64,000 nt of DNA, from contig NC_057718.1 of assembly GCF_004010195.1 (NCBI RefSeq), positions 59,693,622 through 59,757,621 of the forward strand, in the 5' to 3' direction. The notes under the pieces are model-generated. The model worked only from the letters and a program-made list of their open reading frames with translations. It had not been told where the DNA came from and ran no database searches. Of this stretch, positions 1 through 11,633 are shown in pieces. The stretch's first letter is position 1, and each line of letters begins with the position of its first letter. Source of the stretch: Chiloscyllium plagiosum (Eukaryota). A program made the translations under genes and the position numbers.

Positions 1-195
1 ACAGCTCTATACCAGGCGATGACTTTGCAGTATGATGCTGTCACAAAGTCTACATTTGCCTGCGTTAGGTATGGTGTAAGTGAAGTTTGTTGGAGTGGTT
101 GTTAGAGTTCAGTTCAGAATTGGTAGCAAAATCATAAATGTATTCTGTATATTCTGATTTATAATTTACTTATAATTTTATAAGTAAATGCGCTT

Positions 196-436
196 AAAAA
201 TGTGTTGCTGGAAAAGTGCAGCAGGTCAGGCAGCATCAAAGGAACAGGAGAATCGATGTTTCGGGCATAAGCCCTTCTTCAGGAACACATTTTTAAGCGC
301 ATTTACTCGCAATATATAGTGAAATCATAAGTCAGAATATACAGAATACATTTATGATTTTGCTACCAATTCCTTGAAAAAGCTCTCCTCCTCCCTCTCT
401 CCAGCATCTGCAGTCCTCACTTTCTCCTAGTTGATT
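196..436. mobile_element. Short Penelope-like (PLE) insertion: antisense arm (196-285), inverted copy of upstream flank (284-372), sense 3' tail (~400-436)
   Basis: Arm and tail sequences recur at 4012-4111, 34385-34460, 37813-37963 and 46452-46570. 117-206 is repeated inverted at 284-372. Degenerate TSD AGTAAATGcgCTT (183-195) / AGTAAATGatCTT (440-452). Confidence 0.75.
252..285 (-). ncRNA. Minimal hammerhead ribozyme motif (PLE-associated)
   Basis: Minus strand reads CTGAAGA-a-GGGC-ttat-GCCC-GAAA-ca-TC: hammerhead core boxes around a 4-bp stem II. Loop III CG has decayed to CA. Confidence 0.7.
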
Positions 437-1020
437 GAGAGTAAATGATCTTTCTCAATTCACAATTAGTGAAAAATATATATTTTCTGATGAAAAACTT
501 TCTTCTCTTTTACTCTGTGTTGTTTCAGCAGTTCTTTCTTTTTCATGTATTTGTCTTTTATCACTGTCCCAATGGTTTGCATACAACAGAATTCCATCAC
601 TTTTATGAGTATTTAGAGATGAAATACATTATTTTTCCTGATATTACAATTCTTCAAATACACAAATAAACCAAATCCAATCACTAATGTATAATTTATG
701 GCTAAACATAAAAAGGACATGACCATCTGTGTAGTGTTTTGCTGTGGACTCGTAATGTACTCATTGCAGTGATCCACAGTGCCCAAGAGAGGGCATTAGT
801 TTGTCTTCTGACAATAATGCATAAACATTAAAGACTGAGAAGCAACTGAAATTTAAACTTGAAATTCTTTCTCATTATCAAAAGCTATTTCAGTGTTGAC
901 CTCTCTGATTATAAACCTGCAAATATCTCTAATATTATACTGATAGTTATTTTTAATAGTTCATGATTATGAGAACACATTATTTTTAATGATTATTGGG
1001 TTTTGGTTGATAGTGTTAAT

Positions 1021-1600
1021 AGAGTCATAGCATTGTACAGCACAGAAACAGACCCTTTGGTCCAAATCGTCCATGCCAACCAGATATCCAAAATTAATCC
1101 AGTTCCATTTGCCAGCATTTGACCCATATCCCTCCCGAACCTTTCTTATTCATATACACACCCAGATGCCTTTTAAATGTTGTAATTGTACCAGCCTCCA
1201 CCACTTCCTCTGGCAGCTCATTCCATACACCATTTTGCATGAAAATGTTGCCCTTAGGTCCCTTTTAAATCTTTCCCCTCTCACCTTAAACATATGCCCA
1301 CTAGTTTTGGACTTCCCCACCCTGGGGAAACTATTTTGGCAATTCACCCTATCCATGCCCCTCATGATTTTATACATCACTGTAAGGTCACAACTCAGTT
1401 TCTGATGCCCCAAGGAATATTGCCCCAGCCTATTCAGCCTCTCCCCATAGCTCAAACCCTCCTTTTCTGAACGCTTTCAAGTTTAACAAAATTTTTCCAA
1501 TAACAGGGAGTCAGAATTGCATGCAATATTCCAAAAATGGCCTAACCAATATCCTGAACAGTCACAACATGATCTCCCAACTCCTACACTCAATGCACCG
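1021..1600 (-). mobile_element. 5'-truncated CR1-type LINE, 3' end
   Basis: ORF 1150-1455 resembles the CR1 ORF2 C-terminus (SYGERLNRLG...VRGERFKRDLR). 3' UTR and CTATGACTCT tail match copies ending at 5787, 33795 and 47570. Confidence 0.9.
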
Positions 1601-2217
1601 ATCAATACAGGCAATTTGCTTTATAATTTCATTTTGAGAGAAAGATTATGGGTAACTCAAGATGGAGAATGGGAAAAACGTGTGGCTGTAAGAGTTGCTC
1701 CTTCATTGAGGCATTTTAGGTGCTAGTAATTACTGCTTATGAGCTGTTGCATTGTTTTGGAAATTGGGGAGGAAAAGATCAAAACAACAGCACGGTATAA
1801 AGGAAGAAGAGAGACAAAGGCAGTGACCACATGGTCAGTGAATCAAATGAGAAAGAGACCTAACTGCTGCCTGACACAGCAGTGAATCTGCACAGCTACT
1901 GCCTTTGCTGTTTAATTTCAAGAATCTCTGGACATCTGGACATCTCGGAAAAATTAACAAACAACAAAATTCACAGCTGACCATGGAGGAACCTGTGTGG
2001 GAGAGCAGTTATGTGCATAGTTTTTAAGTGTAACCTTGCTGTAAATCTACAGTAGTGAGTACAATGGGTTTTTTTATGATTTTATGTTTGATTGAGATCA
2101 GTTTCTTGATTAAATTTTAAAAATATAAACCATAGGTACTAAGTTAGCCTGGAGCAGTGTTTTCTGAGCAGTACGTCTATACTATTTTCTGGGTTTGTAG
2201 ATTGTTAAGGCGCAAAG

Positions 2218-2920
2218 ATGACTTTTAGTTGAGTGATGTGCTCTTCCTGTCAGATATGGGAGATGAGGCAGAGTTTCCATGTTACTGATGATAATATCTG
2301 AAGGAAGTGTGATTGTTTGCGAATCCTATCAGATCACATGGATTAGTTGGAGCAGCAGTTAGAGGCAATCAGGAACTTACAGAAGCTAGGAGGTGTGATG
2401 GATGGTAGTTATAGGAAGGCAGAAAAAACACAGTCAGGTAGATAGATGACCTCCAGGAAATGTAAGAGAGGGAGACAGGTAGTGCAGGAGTCTCCAATGG
2501 CCACCCCATCTCAAACAAGTTTGCTGTTCTGGAAAATGTAAGGGAATGTAGAATGAACAGCCAGGTTCCTGATACCGAGAGTGGCTTTAATGTAATGAGG
2601 GGTACATCAGGTTCCAAGCAATTGATTATGATAGGGGACTCTCTAGTCAAGGGCTCAGAAGGACATTTCTGCGGCCAACAGCGAGACATCAGAATGATGT
2701 GTTGCCTTCCTGGTGCCAGGATCAAGGATATCTCAGAGAGGGGGCAGAATATTCTCAAAAGGGAGCAGAACCAGCTGGAGGTCGTTGTATACTTTGGTGT
2801 AGGACCCAAGAAGATAGTGAGGAAAGAGATCAGCCTGAGATTGTTACAGTTGGGAAAAGAAGCAAGTCAAACAGTCAGGGCAGGCAAGAACAAAACAGAG
2901 AATGAGATGGGACTGGTAAA
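2218..2920 (+). pseudogene. CR1 ORF1 remnant: Cys-rich N-terminus, coiled coil, SGNH/GDSL esterase-like domain
   Basis: From ATG 2218: VMCSSCQIW...RKCDCLRILSD...LEQQLEAIR with in-frame stops. ORF 2553-2924 has IMIGDSLVKG and CCLPGARIKD, typical of CR1 ORF1 esterase. Confidence 0.8.
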
Positions 2921-2929
2921 GTAAACCGC

Positions 2930-5693
2930 ATTTATTTCAGTACTTGAGGCCTAACAGGGACGGCAGATGAACTCTGAGTATGGTTAGGAACATGGGATTG
3001 GGATATTATAGCAGTTACAGAGAGATGGCCTAGGGATGGACAGAAATGGCAGCTTAATGTTCCAGGATACAAATGCTATAGGAAGGATAGAAAGGGTGGC
3101 AAGAGAGGAGAGGAATGATGTTTTTAATAAAGGATAACATTACAGCTGTACTCAGGGAGGATATTCTTGGGAATATGTCCAGGGATATTATCTGGGTAGA
3201 ACTAAGAAATAAGAAAGAGATGATCACCATTTGTGGGATTGTACTATCATCCCCACAATAGTTAGAGGGAAATTGAGAAATAAATAGGGTGGTAATGGTA
3301 GGGGATTTTACCTTTCCAAACATAGACTGGGACTGCCACGGTGTTCAGGGTTTAGATGGAGAGGAATTTGTTAAGTGTGTACAAGAAAAAATTCCAATTC
3401 AGGATATGGATGTATCTACTGGAGACGTTGCAAAACTTAACCTACTTTTGGGAAATAAGGCAGAACAAGTGACTGAGGTGTCAGTGGGGGAACACTGTGT
3501 GGCCAGCAACTATAATTCAATTCGTTTTAAAACAGTGATGGAAAAGGATAGACCAGATCTAAAAGTTAAAGTCTGAAATGGGAGGAGGGTCAATTTTGAT
3601 GGATTTAGGCAACAACTTCCAAAACTTGATTGGAGGTGAACCTTCGCAGGTAAAGAGACAGCTAGAAAATGGGAAACCTTCAAAAATGAGATAACAAGAG
3701 TCCAGAGACAGTACGTTCCTGCTAGGGTGAAAGTCAAGGTTGGTAGGTGTAGGGAATGCTGGATGACTAGAGAAATTGAGGTTTTGGTTAAGAAAAAGAA
3801 ACATGCATATGTCAGATATAGACAGCAGAGATCAAGTGAATCCTCAGAAAAGTATAAAGAGCATAATATTGGGGAAATCAGGAGGGCAAAAAGGGGACGT
3901 GAGATAGCTTTGGCAAATTGGGTTAAGGAGAATCCAAAGGGATTTTATAAGGACAAAAGGGTAACTAGGGAGAGAATAGAGCCCCTCAAAGATCAGCAAG
4001 GCAGCCTATATAGGCCAAAGTGAGGACTGCAGATGCCGGAAACTGAAACGTCGATTTTCCTGCTCCTCCGATGCTGCCTGACCTGCTGTGCTTTTCCAGC
4101 ACCACTCTAATCAAGGCAGCCTATATGTAGAGCTGCAGGAGACTGGACAGATATTAAACAAGTATTTTTCACCAGTGTTTACTGTGGAGAAAGGCATGGA
4201 GAATATAGAATGTGGGGAAATAGATGGTGACATCTTGAAAAATATCCATATTACAGAGGAGGAAGTGCTGGGTGTCTTAAAATGCATAAAGGTGGATAAA
4301 ACCCTGGGACTTGATCAGGTGTACCCTGGAACTCTGTGGGAAGCTCCAGAAGTGATTGCTGGGACCTTTACCATATTTGTACCATAAGTAGTCACAGGTG
4401 AGATGCCGGAAGAATGGATGTTGGCTAATGTGGTGCCACTATTTAAGAAAGGTGGCAAGGAAAAGCCAGGGAACAATAGACCAGTGAGCCTGACATCAGT
4501 GGTGGGCAAGTTGTTGGAGGAAATCCTGAGGGACAGAATGTACATGTGTTTGGAAAGACAAGGACTGATTAGGGATAGTCAGCATGGCTGTGTGCATGAG
4601 AAATCATGTCTCATTAACTTGATTATTTTGAAGAAGTTAAAAAGAGGATTGATGAAGGCAGAGCAGTGGACATGATCTGTATGGACTTCAGTAAGGTTAC
4701 TCATGATAGACTGGTTAGCAAAATTAGGTCACATGGAATACATTTGGATACAGAACTGGCTCCAAGGTAGAAAACAGAGGGTGCTTTTCAGACTGGAGGC
4801 CTGTGGCCAGTGAAGTGCCACAAGGATCAATGCTGGATCCATTGCTTTTTGTCATTTATATAAATGATTTGAATGTGAACATTGGAGGTATTGTTAGTAA
4901 TTTTGCAGATTACGCCAGAATTGGAGATGTACTGGACAGTGAAGAAGGTTACCTCTGAGTATAACGGGATCTTGATGAGTTGGGACAATGGGCCAAGGAA
5001 TGGTGAATAGAATTTAATTTAGATAAATGTTTGTGGCTGCATTTTGGAAAGGCAAATCAGAAAAGGACTTATACACTTAATGGTAGGTGTTGCTGAACAA
5101 AGAGACCTTGGAGTGCAGGTTCATAGTTCCTTCAAAGTGGAGTCTCAGGTAGATAAGAGTTTGGTATGCTTTCCTTTATTGGTCAGAGTATTGAGTACAT
5201 TGAGAGGGCAGCTGTACAGGACGACAGTTAGGTCAGTATTAGAATATTGCATGCAATTCTGGTCTCCTGCCTACAGGAAGGATGTTGTTAAACTTCAAAG
5301 GGTTCAGAAAAAATTTACAAGGATGTTGCCAGGGTTGGAGGGTTTGAGCTACAGGAAGAAGCTGAATAGGCTCGGGCTGTTTTCTCTGGAGCATTGGTGG
5401 CTGAAGGATGACTTTGTAGAAGTTTATAAAGTCATGAGGGACATGGATAGGGTCTTTTCCCTAGGGTGGGGAAATCCAAAACTAGGGGGCATAGGTTTAG
5501 GCTGAGAGGAGAGAGATTTAAAAGGGACTTAAGGGGCAAACGTTTCACACAAAGGGTTGTGAGTGTATGGAGTGAGCTGCCAGAGGAAGTGGTGGAGGCT
5601 GGTAAAATTACAACATTTCAAAGACATCTGGATGGGTATATGAATAGGAAGAGTTTAGAGGGATATGGGCCAAGTGCTGGCAAATGGAATTAA
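2930..5693 (+). pseudogene. CR1 ORF2 remnant (APE endonuclease plus reverse transcriptase)
   Basis: Motifs VGDFTFPNIDW, ANVVPLFKKG..PGNNRPVSLTSVVGK, QRDLGVQV, LEYCMQFWSP and QRVVSVWSELP across shifted frames. Confidence 0.9.
4012..4111. mobile_element. 100-bp PLE-derived insertion inside CR1 ORF2
   Basis: Perfect 15-bp TSD CAAGGCAGCCTATAT (3997-4011, 4112-4126). Inverted tail followed by a sense arm that starts at the GAAACGTC of the hammerhead. Confidence 0.85.
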
Positions 5694-6065
5694 ATTAATT
5701 TTGGATGTTATTAATGCGATCGGCATGGGCGAGTTGGACCGAAGGGTCTGTTTCCGTGCTGTACATCTGTATGATTCTATGACTCTAAATAGCAAGGAAA
5801 AGTCATAGACCTAGTTTTTGTTTTTAAACATAGTTCTAATTATTTTTTTCTGTTAATTAATTAGTTGTAAAATATGTAATATAAATTATATTACATCAGC
5901 AGTTGTTCACAGTGTTGCATTATGTCTCATGATCAGTGTGTCAGTACACCTTTAAGAGGCATGTTCATGGCATCATTACTGATTGAAAACATGTGACCTG
6001 AGAATATAAAGGTCTCATATTCCATCTTAAGCTGGGATTTAGTGAAGTATGATGTGATACTAGAA

Positions 6066-6122
6066 TGGGTGTGGGTGTGGGTGTGGGTGTGGGTGTGGGT
6101 GTGGGTGTGGGTGTGGGTGTGT
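6066..6122. repeat. (GGGTGT)n hexanucleotide microsatellite, about 9 copies
   Basis: Directly visible. Confidence 0.95.
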
Positions 6123-7609
6123 TCATGTATAACAGCATTAGTCTTGTCACATCATTTAAAATACCCTACTGGAGGCAAACTCACATCAGCAAGACAAACA
6201 GTTTGGGGCATTTTCTTTCTTTTCATTTGAAGTTTTCTGTTTATCTCTCCTGTGCTTAAAGCAGCAGCTCACATTAAAATACAGCTCTAAAAGCATTAAT
6301 TAGGAGCGCTTACATTATGGATTAGGAGTAGGAGTTATGCAATTTAGCTTAACCCTACATAAAATTCTAGTAGATGTTGATGGAAGCTATTTTGAATGGG
6401 AAACCATGACCAGTATTTCATTCCCCAACCTTAAGATGAAGATTTATTTATACCATAAGCTATGAATAATCAAACCGGGTTATGTCCCAATTAGTCATTT
6501 ACTAACTGAACAATTGATAAGGCGATGATGCTGTGTTCACCCCACATACTCACTATTTGTTAGGGTGACACCAAACAAACTCATTTTAGTCATAACCCTT
6601 GGACACAGCAATTGATGAGACTGTCATCCCATTAGTGTAGGTTGAATTCAAAAGAAGCTGGCAGAGTTAAAGTGAACATATGGATACACTATACCAGCTA
6701 ATCCCTGGGTTTTTAAAAAAAAATTGCAATGTATTTAAAGTACTGTATATATTTATAGCAGCACGTTAACAAGCAGTGACTCGAAGTATGTTTTGGAATT
6801 TCTTTGACATTAATTAGGGAATAAAGAAATAATAATTGTAGAACATCGTCTGCAATTTAATTTAACAACATTGTACATGTGGAAACAAAATGTAACACTG
6901 AATAATACATATAATTAAACTTACACTTATTAGTAAACACATTAAGACCACACTAAACAGGACATATATTTATCTTTCTTTTAAAGCAATATCCTCCGAG
7001 TAACCTAATTTGATAACCAGCTGAGCATCAAGCAAAACTCAGCCCATATACTAAGTAAAACAATTTGTTGTTAGTTGAACCCTGCATCTTTTGATTTAGT
7101 GTATTCCTTATTGTAACTTCTCTGTTGATAAATGCTAATAATTAAATCTATCAAGAACACTGTGTGAATGACCAGGAGTATAGAGATGTAACTTTGGTGC
7201 AATGCAAGGAGTATTAATTTAGTTTTAAGAGTGATACAAACAACTTTGGATTCCTAATGAATAATATGTACATCTTTATGATATGGCTACAGATTTGATA
7301 GTATAGATTCATTGAACTGTAACCATTCAAATTTAAATTTTAGCAAGCCAAAGCTACTTAGGCTATAAAGTGAAGATTTCTAAAATTGCTTCAAGCATTT
7401 ACTCAGTGGTTATCAACTTTTACTATTGTATTAAAATAATTCTATTTCTGATTACATGACAATGAAGTGCTTTCTCAGAAAGCATTCTAGCTTGTATTCC
7501 AGTTTTACAGTCCTTCACAATTGAAAATAAACCTTGCATAAAGATCTTAAATGCTATACATTTTATGGATGTTCAGACAAACCTGATTTACCTTTTCATC
7601 TTAAATACA

Positions 7610-8833
7610 TGGGCCTCAAAATTCAGCTTTGTAATTTAGAACTGATGTTTGAGAATCAGGAGTCTATCAAACTAGCATACTCCCAGCCTCTTCCACTGTG
7701 TCTATATTAATGCCGATGTTGGGGAGAAAGCTTTGGATGTTTCGTGTGTGCACCAGAAAAATTGAAAGTGGGCAGTGAATCAGCCAGTCTCTCATACTAA
7801 TTTAAGGCAGTTTTGAAATCACCGACTACTCAAATCCAAAGAATGTCATTTTCCAATCATCATGTTCAGTGTCTTCATTTTTGAATGGGTAGATGTGCAG
7901 TCTTTCGGCTGTCATGAAAAAGATGGTGGCTACTTGAAGATAAGTGATATCCCCCCCAAATCATACTTATGGCTCGTGACAGTTCTGAAAAAGGACTCAA
8001 AATATTAATTTCTGTTTCCATAGGTGCTGCCAGACCTGCTGAATTTCTGTTTATGTTTCATGACTCCCTCCACCACATGACCTTGCAAGATCAACACACC
8101 TGCAATAAGAACCATGCTGCCCACAGGAAACTGTGAAGCAGAACAATGGCATTCTCAAACAATGGATCAAACCAGATGGAATAGATGTAAAAAAACTATC
8201 TGAAGCATCTTGCCAAATTGTTGGTGGTCTGCTGCACAACCTCATTATGATGACCCAAACTTTGTCATTGAACTTACAGAGTTGAACGTCAGAGGAAGAG
8301 GAGGCAGTCAGAAAGGATCAGAGAACCGTTCACTCGGGACAAACTGCCTGTGAGTATCGACACACGCTTCAGTTTCCTTGGGCCACTATTCCCAGCACCA
8401 CAATTGCTCCACAATTCTGCACCTTTCAAGCCTTTTTTTCTATACCACATCTGAATAATATGAATAATTACATTTATACTTCTTAACCAAAACCTTGAAT
8501 TAAAAGTCATCAATGAAAAACCATTTTATGGTAAGTTAACACAATAAGACATACAATAATAAATACAGAAATGAACTATTTCTCCTTTTCCATCCTCTTT
8601 TTGTCTGCTTCGGAGGTATCTTTGCTTGTTTCAGCATGATACATGCTATACATATAAGCAGCTGTTGACACTATAATGCACACTGAAGTGCACACAGTAC
8701 CAGAATTTGAGCATAAGAAAGCAAGCATCAGATCAACTTACAATGCTTTTTCCTCTGCATCAGTTCTCATCTTTCTTTTTGGAATTGCTGAGGTTGACCT
8801 AGTGACAATTCTTGAATGTCAGAAAATGTGAAT
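7610..8833. mobile_element. Old PIF/Harbinger-like transposon remnant (probably continues 11646-~12030)
   Basis: 8090-8255 resembles the HARBI1-type DDE C-terminus (NHAAHR..VKQNNGILKQ...IVGGLLHNLIM, compare HA.TR..VEQTIGILK...CC.LHN). Heavily decayed. Confidence 0.5.
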
Positions 8834-8845
8834 TTAGAATGAGAG

Positions 8846-9144
8846 TTAAAAATCACACAACACCAGGTTATAGTCCAACAGGTTTAATTGGAAGCACACT
8901 AGCTTTCAGAGCGACACTCCTTCATCAGGTGATTGTGGAGGGCTCGATTGTAACACAGAATTTATAGCAAAAATTTGCAGTGTGATGTAACTGAAATTAT
9001 ACATTGAAGAATTGATTGTCTGTTAAGCCTTTCATCTGTTAGAATACAGTGATAGTTTCACTTCTTTCACGTGTAAATCACAAAACCCTTTTTTTAAAGT
9101 TGCATTCTCGGGTTAGCTGTTAACAATGGTAATAGCTAGACAAT
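8846..9144 (-). mobile_element. PLE pseudo-LTR, left inverted arm (runs into the gap)
   Basis: Reverse complement of 11292-11591 with few mismatches. Contains a hammerhead motif. Confidence 0.85.
8897..8931 (-). ncRNA. Minimal hammerhead ribozyme motif
   Basis: CAC-CTGATGA-a-GGAG-tgtcg-CTCT-GAAA-GC-TA-GTG: intact core, stem I CAC/GTG, palindromic AGCT in place of stem III. Confidence 0.8.
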
Positions 9145-9356
9145 NNNNNNNNNNNNNNNNNNNNNNNNNNNNNNNNNNNNNNNNNNNNNNNNNNNNNNNN
9201 NNNNNNNNNNNNNNNNNNNNNNNNNNNNNNNNNNNNNNNNNNNNNNNNNNNNNNNNNNNNNNNNNNNNNNNNNNNNNNNNNNNNNNNNNNNNNNNNNNNN
9301 NNNNNNNNNNNNNNNNNNNNNNNNNNNNNNNNNNNNNNNNNNNNNNNNNNNNNNNN
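9145..9356. other. Assembly gap (N run)
   Basis: Run of N. Confidence 1.
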
Positions 9357-11221
9357 TCAGTTTTAAACAAATACCTCACTTCTCATACATTCGAAAAATG
9401 GCAAGCACTTGTTACAGTTGGTCTCTCAAGGCCAGAAAAACTTGCACTCACATATGCTACAACAACAGCAGGAAGTGCCAAATAAAGTCAATGGGCTGGG
9501 CAGCAATTGTGGAAAGGCAACCAGAGTTAAAGCCTTGTGTCCAATATGACTCTGATATAGTCACAACTTTATTTATTAGCCACATCTGACTGACCATTTT
9601 TGAGTTCTTCACCTTGACGAAATGCATAGTTTCTGAAAGCCACGTCGTAGTCCTTGAAAGACTATCCATTGCTTATTTACAGTCATGCTTTAAGTGTGTT
9701 TTTCCAATTCACATCAATAAATTGTACTTCTTGACTTCATAATTTCCCTTAATCCCCTAAATTTTAAAACCCTCAGTTCATATTTAAATACCTTATTTTC
9801 AAACATTCAAATGCAATTCTATCATATTGTGGTTACTTATCCTCAACATTTTTTACAGCAAGTTTATTCATTAGTCATTTTACATTATTCAACAATAAAT
9901 TTTAAATAACCTATGTTCTGGAAACTTTCTTTGGAATACCAACCTATCTCATTCCTGTATCGTATCGACACCAAAGATACTAAGATGAAATTTGTCTGTG
10001 CATGCAGCCTTTGTTTTTTCCAAACTAGGTTAGCTGAACTGAAATGAGAAGAATAAACATATGAAGCTTGGTGTTAAGCTAATGAAAAGAAAGATCACAG
10101 GATTCAATGTGTCTGAAAGAATGTTTGTGTTTAATTAAGTTGTGTAACTCAGCCATATTGGTCTCACTGTCATAGCACACCTAAAAATACTGGAATCTTA
10201 TTCAAAATTAAACGGAATAAATTAAGTGTAATGTGGACTGTTTATCAATCAACAGGGTGCATTGGCCATATAATTGTGCTGTGTAAAAATCATACACTTG
10301 ATGAGTAAACGAAGATTGCAACAGAGTGAGCAGATAGTGGATAGCAGATTTGTGACGTTTGCCACTGGTCAAACTGATCATTTGTTGGTGACTGGACAGT
10401 ATCAGAGTTTGAATGCATAGTTTCTTTGTATGGAAAAACAGTATAAGAAAGCTTGCCTCAGAGCATATTTGGCTAGTTCAGAGGCTGGAGAGTAGGATGC
10501 AGCAGACTGATGACACATTTCAGTTTGAACCTCAGGGAACAAGTTCACGGAAACCTGTTTCCTTGTGATTGTAAGCATTAATTAGTGATGACATTTTGCA
10601 GTATTTTGTAGAATCATTGATTTAATAAAGAATAATGCAAATATTCCAATGTTAGAACTGCCTTGGGTTATGGGTGAGCAAAGGGAAGAACCAGGGAAAG
10701 TAGGAATAAATGCCTGTGGTGCCAATGCTTCTCGGTGGTAGCAGGCATATCCTTAAATAAAATATTTCAGCTCTTTCTGTCTCAGTCAATGCAGCAAGAG
10801 TCAGCACGGATTTGGTGATTGAAATTAATTATGAGTTAACTTGGATTCTTCCTGGAAAAATGGTGTGTTTATCACTTAAGAGGTGCTGTTTGTGATCAAC
10901 AAGTAATTTCCTCCGAGTTTACAATCATGAAATCTCCAGTGTTCCCTGTAAAGCTCCACTTAATAAAAGGTTTATGTAAGTCGTTGAGCCATAAATGTTA
11001 CATGAGTAATGATGTATGCAATAATTGCATGCAAGGGGAATGTTGGGAATTTACTAAGTTTAGGCATTTGCTATGTTCTAGGATATGTTATATATATTCA
11101 GCGTTGTGTTTACGATTGTGTGTCATGTTGGGTAGACTTCAATTTGTGATATCACAACTGGTCCACTACAATTGCCTCATCTCACTAGTGATGCCTCATC
11201 CACACAGGATAGTTATCTCGC

Positions 11222-11633
11222 TTTTTAGATTAGAATCAATCTAAACATCAGGTCATAGACAGAGAACACAGGGGGCTAACACCTTCAACATATTGTCTAG
11301 CTATCACCATTGTTAACAGCTAACCAGAGAATGCAACTTTAAAAAACAGGGTTTTGTGATTTACACATGAAAGAAGTGAAACTATCATTGTATTCTTACA
11401 GATGAAAGGCTTAACAGACAATCAATTCTTCAATGTATAATTTCAGTTACATCACACTGCAAATTTTTGCTATAAATTCTGTGTTACGATCGAGCCCTCC
11501 ACAATCACCTGATGAAGGAGTGTCGCTCCAAAAGCTAGTGTGCTTCCAATTAAACCTGTTGGACTATAACCTGGTGTTGTGTGATTTTTAACTTTGTACA
11601 CCCCAGTCCAACACCGGCATCTCCGAATCATGA
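11222..11633 (+). mobile_element. PLE pseudo-LTR, right arm with 3' tail
   Basis: Same family as 44645-44908 and 55970-56582. Ends CGGCATCTCCGAATCATGA, as at 44891-44909. Followed by TTAGAATGAGAG (11634-11645), identical to 8834-8845. Confidence 0.85.
11506..11540 (+). ncRNA. Minimal hammerhead motif with catalytic G12 mutated
   Basis: CAC-CTGATGA-a-GGAG-tgtcg-CTCC-aAAA-GC-TA-GTG. Confidence 0.7.

Larger units (their letters stand above)
1650..5787 (+). mobile_element. Near-full-length degenerate CR1-type LINE (5' UTR, ORF1, ORF2 APE-RT, 3' UTR)
   Basis: Collinear ORF1 and ORF2 motifs, ending in CTGTATGATTCTATGACTCT. Many stops and frameshifts. 5' boundary approximate. Confidence 0.9.

Noticed and set aside
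1..81. Possible coding exon end (open frame TALYQAMTLQYDAVTKSTFACVR before GTATGG or GTAAGT)
   Set aside because: No recognisable protein, truncated by the window edge, and the evidence is too weak.
5965..6259. PT, WV and GV repeat ORFs
   Set aside because: These are translations of the GGGTGT microsatellite.
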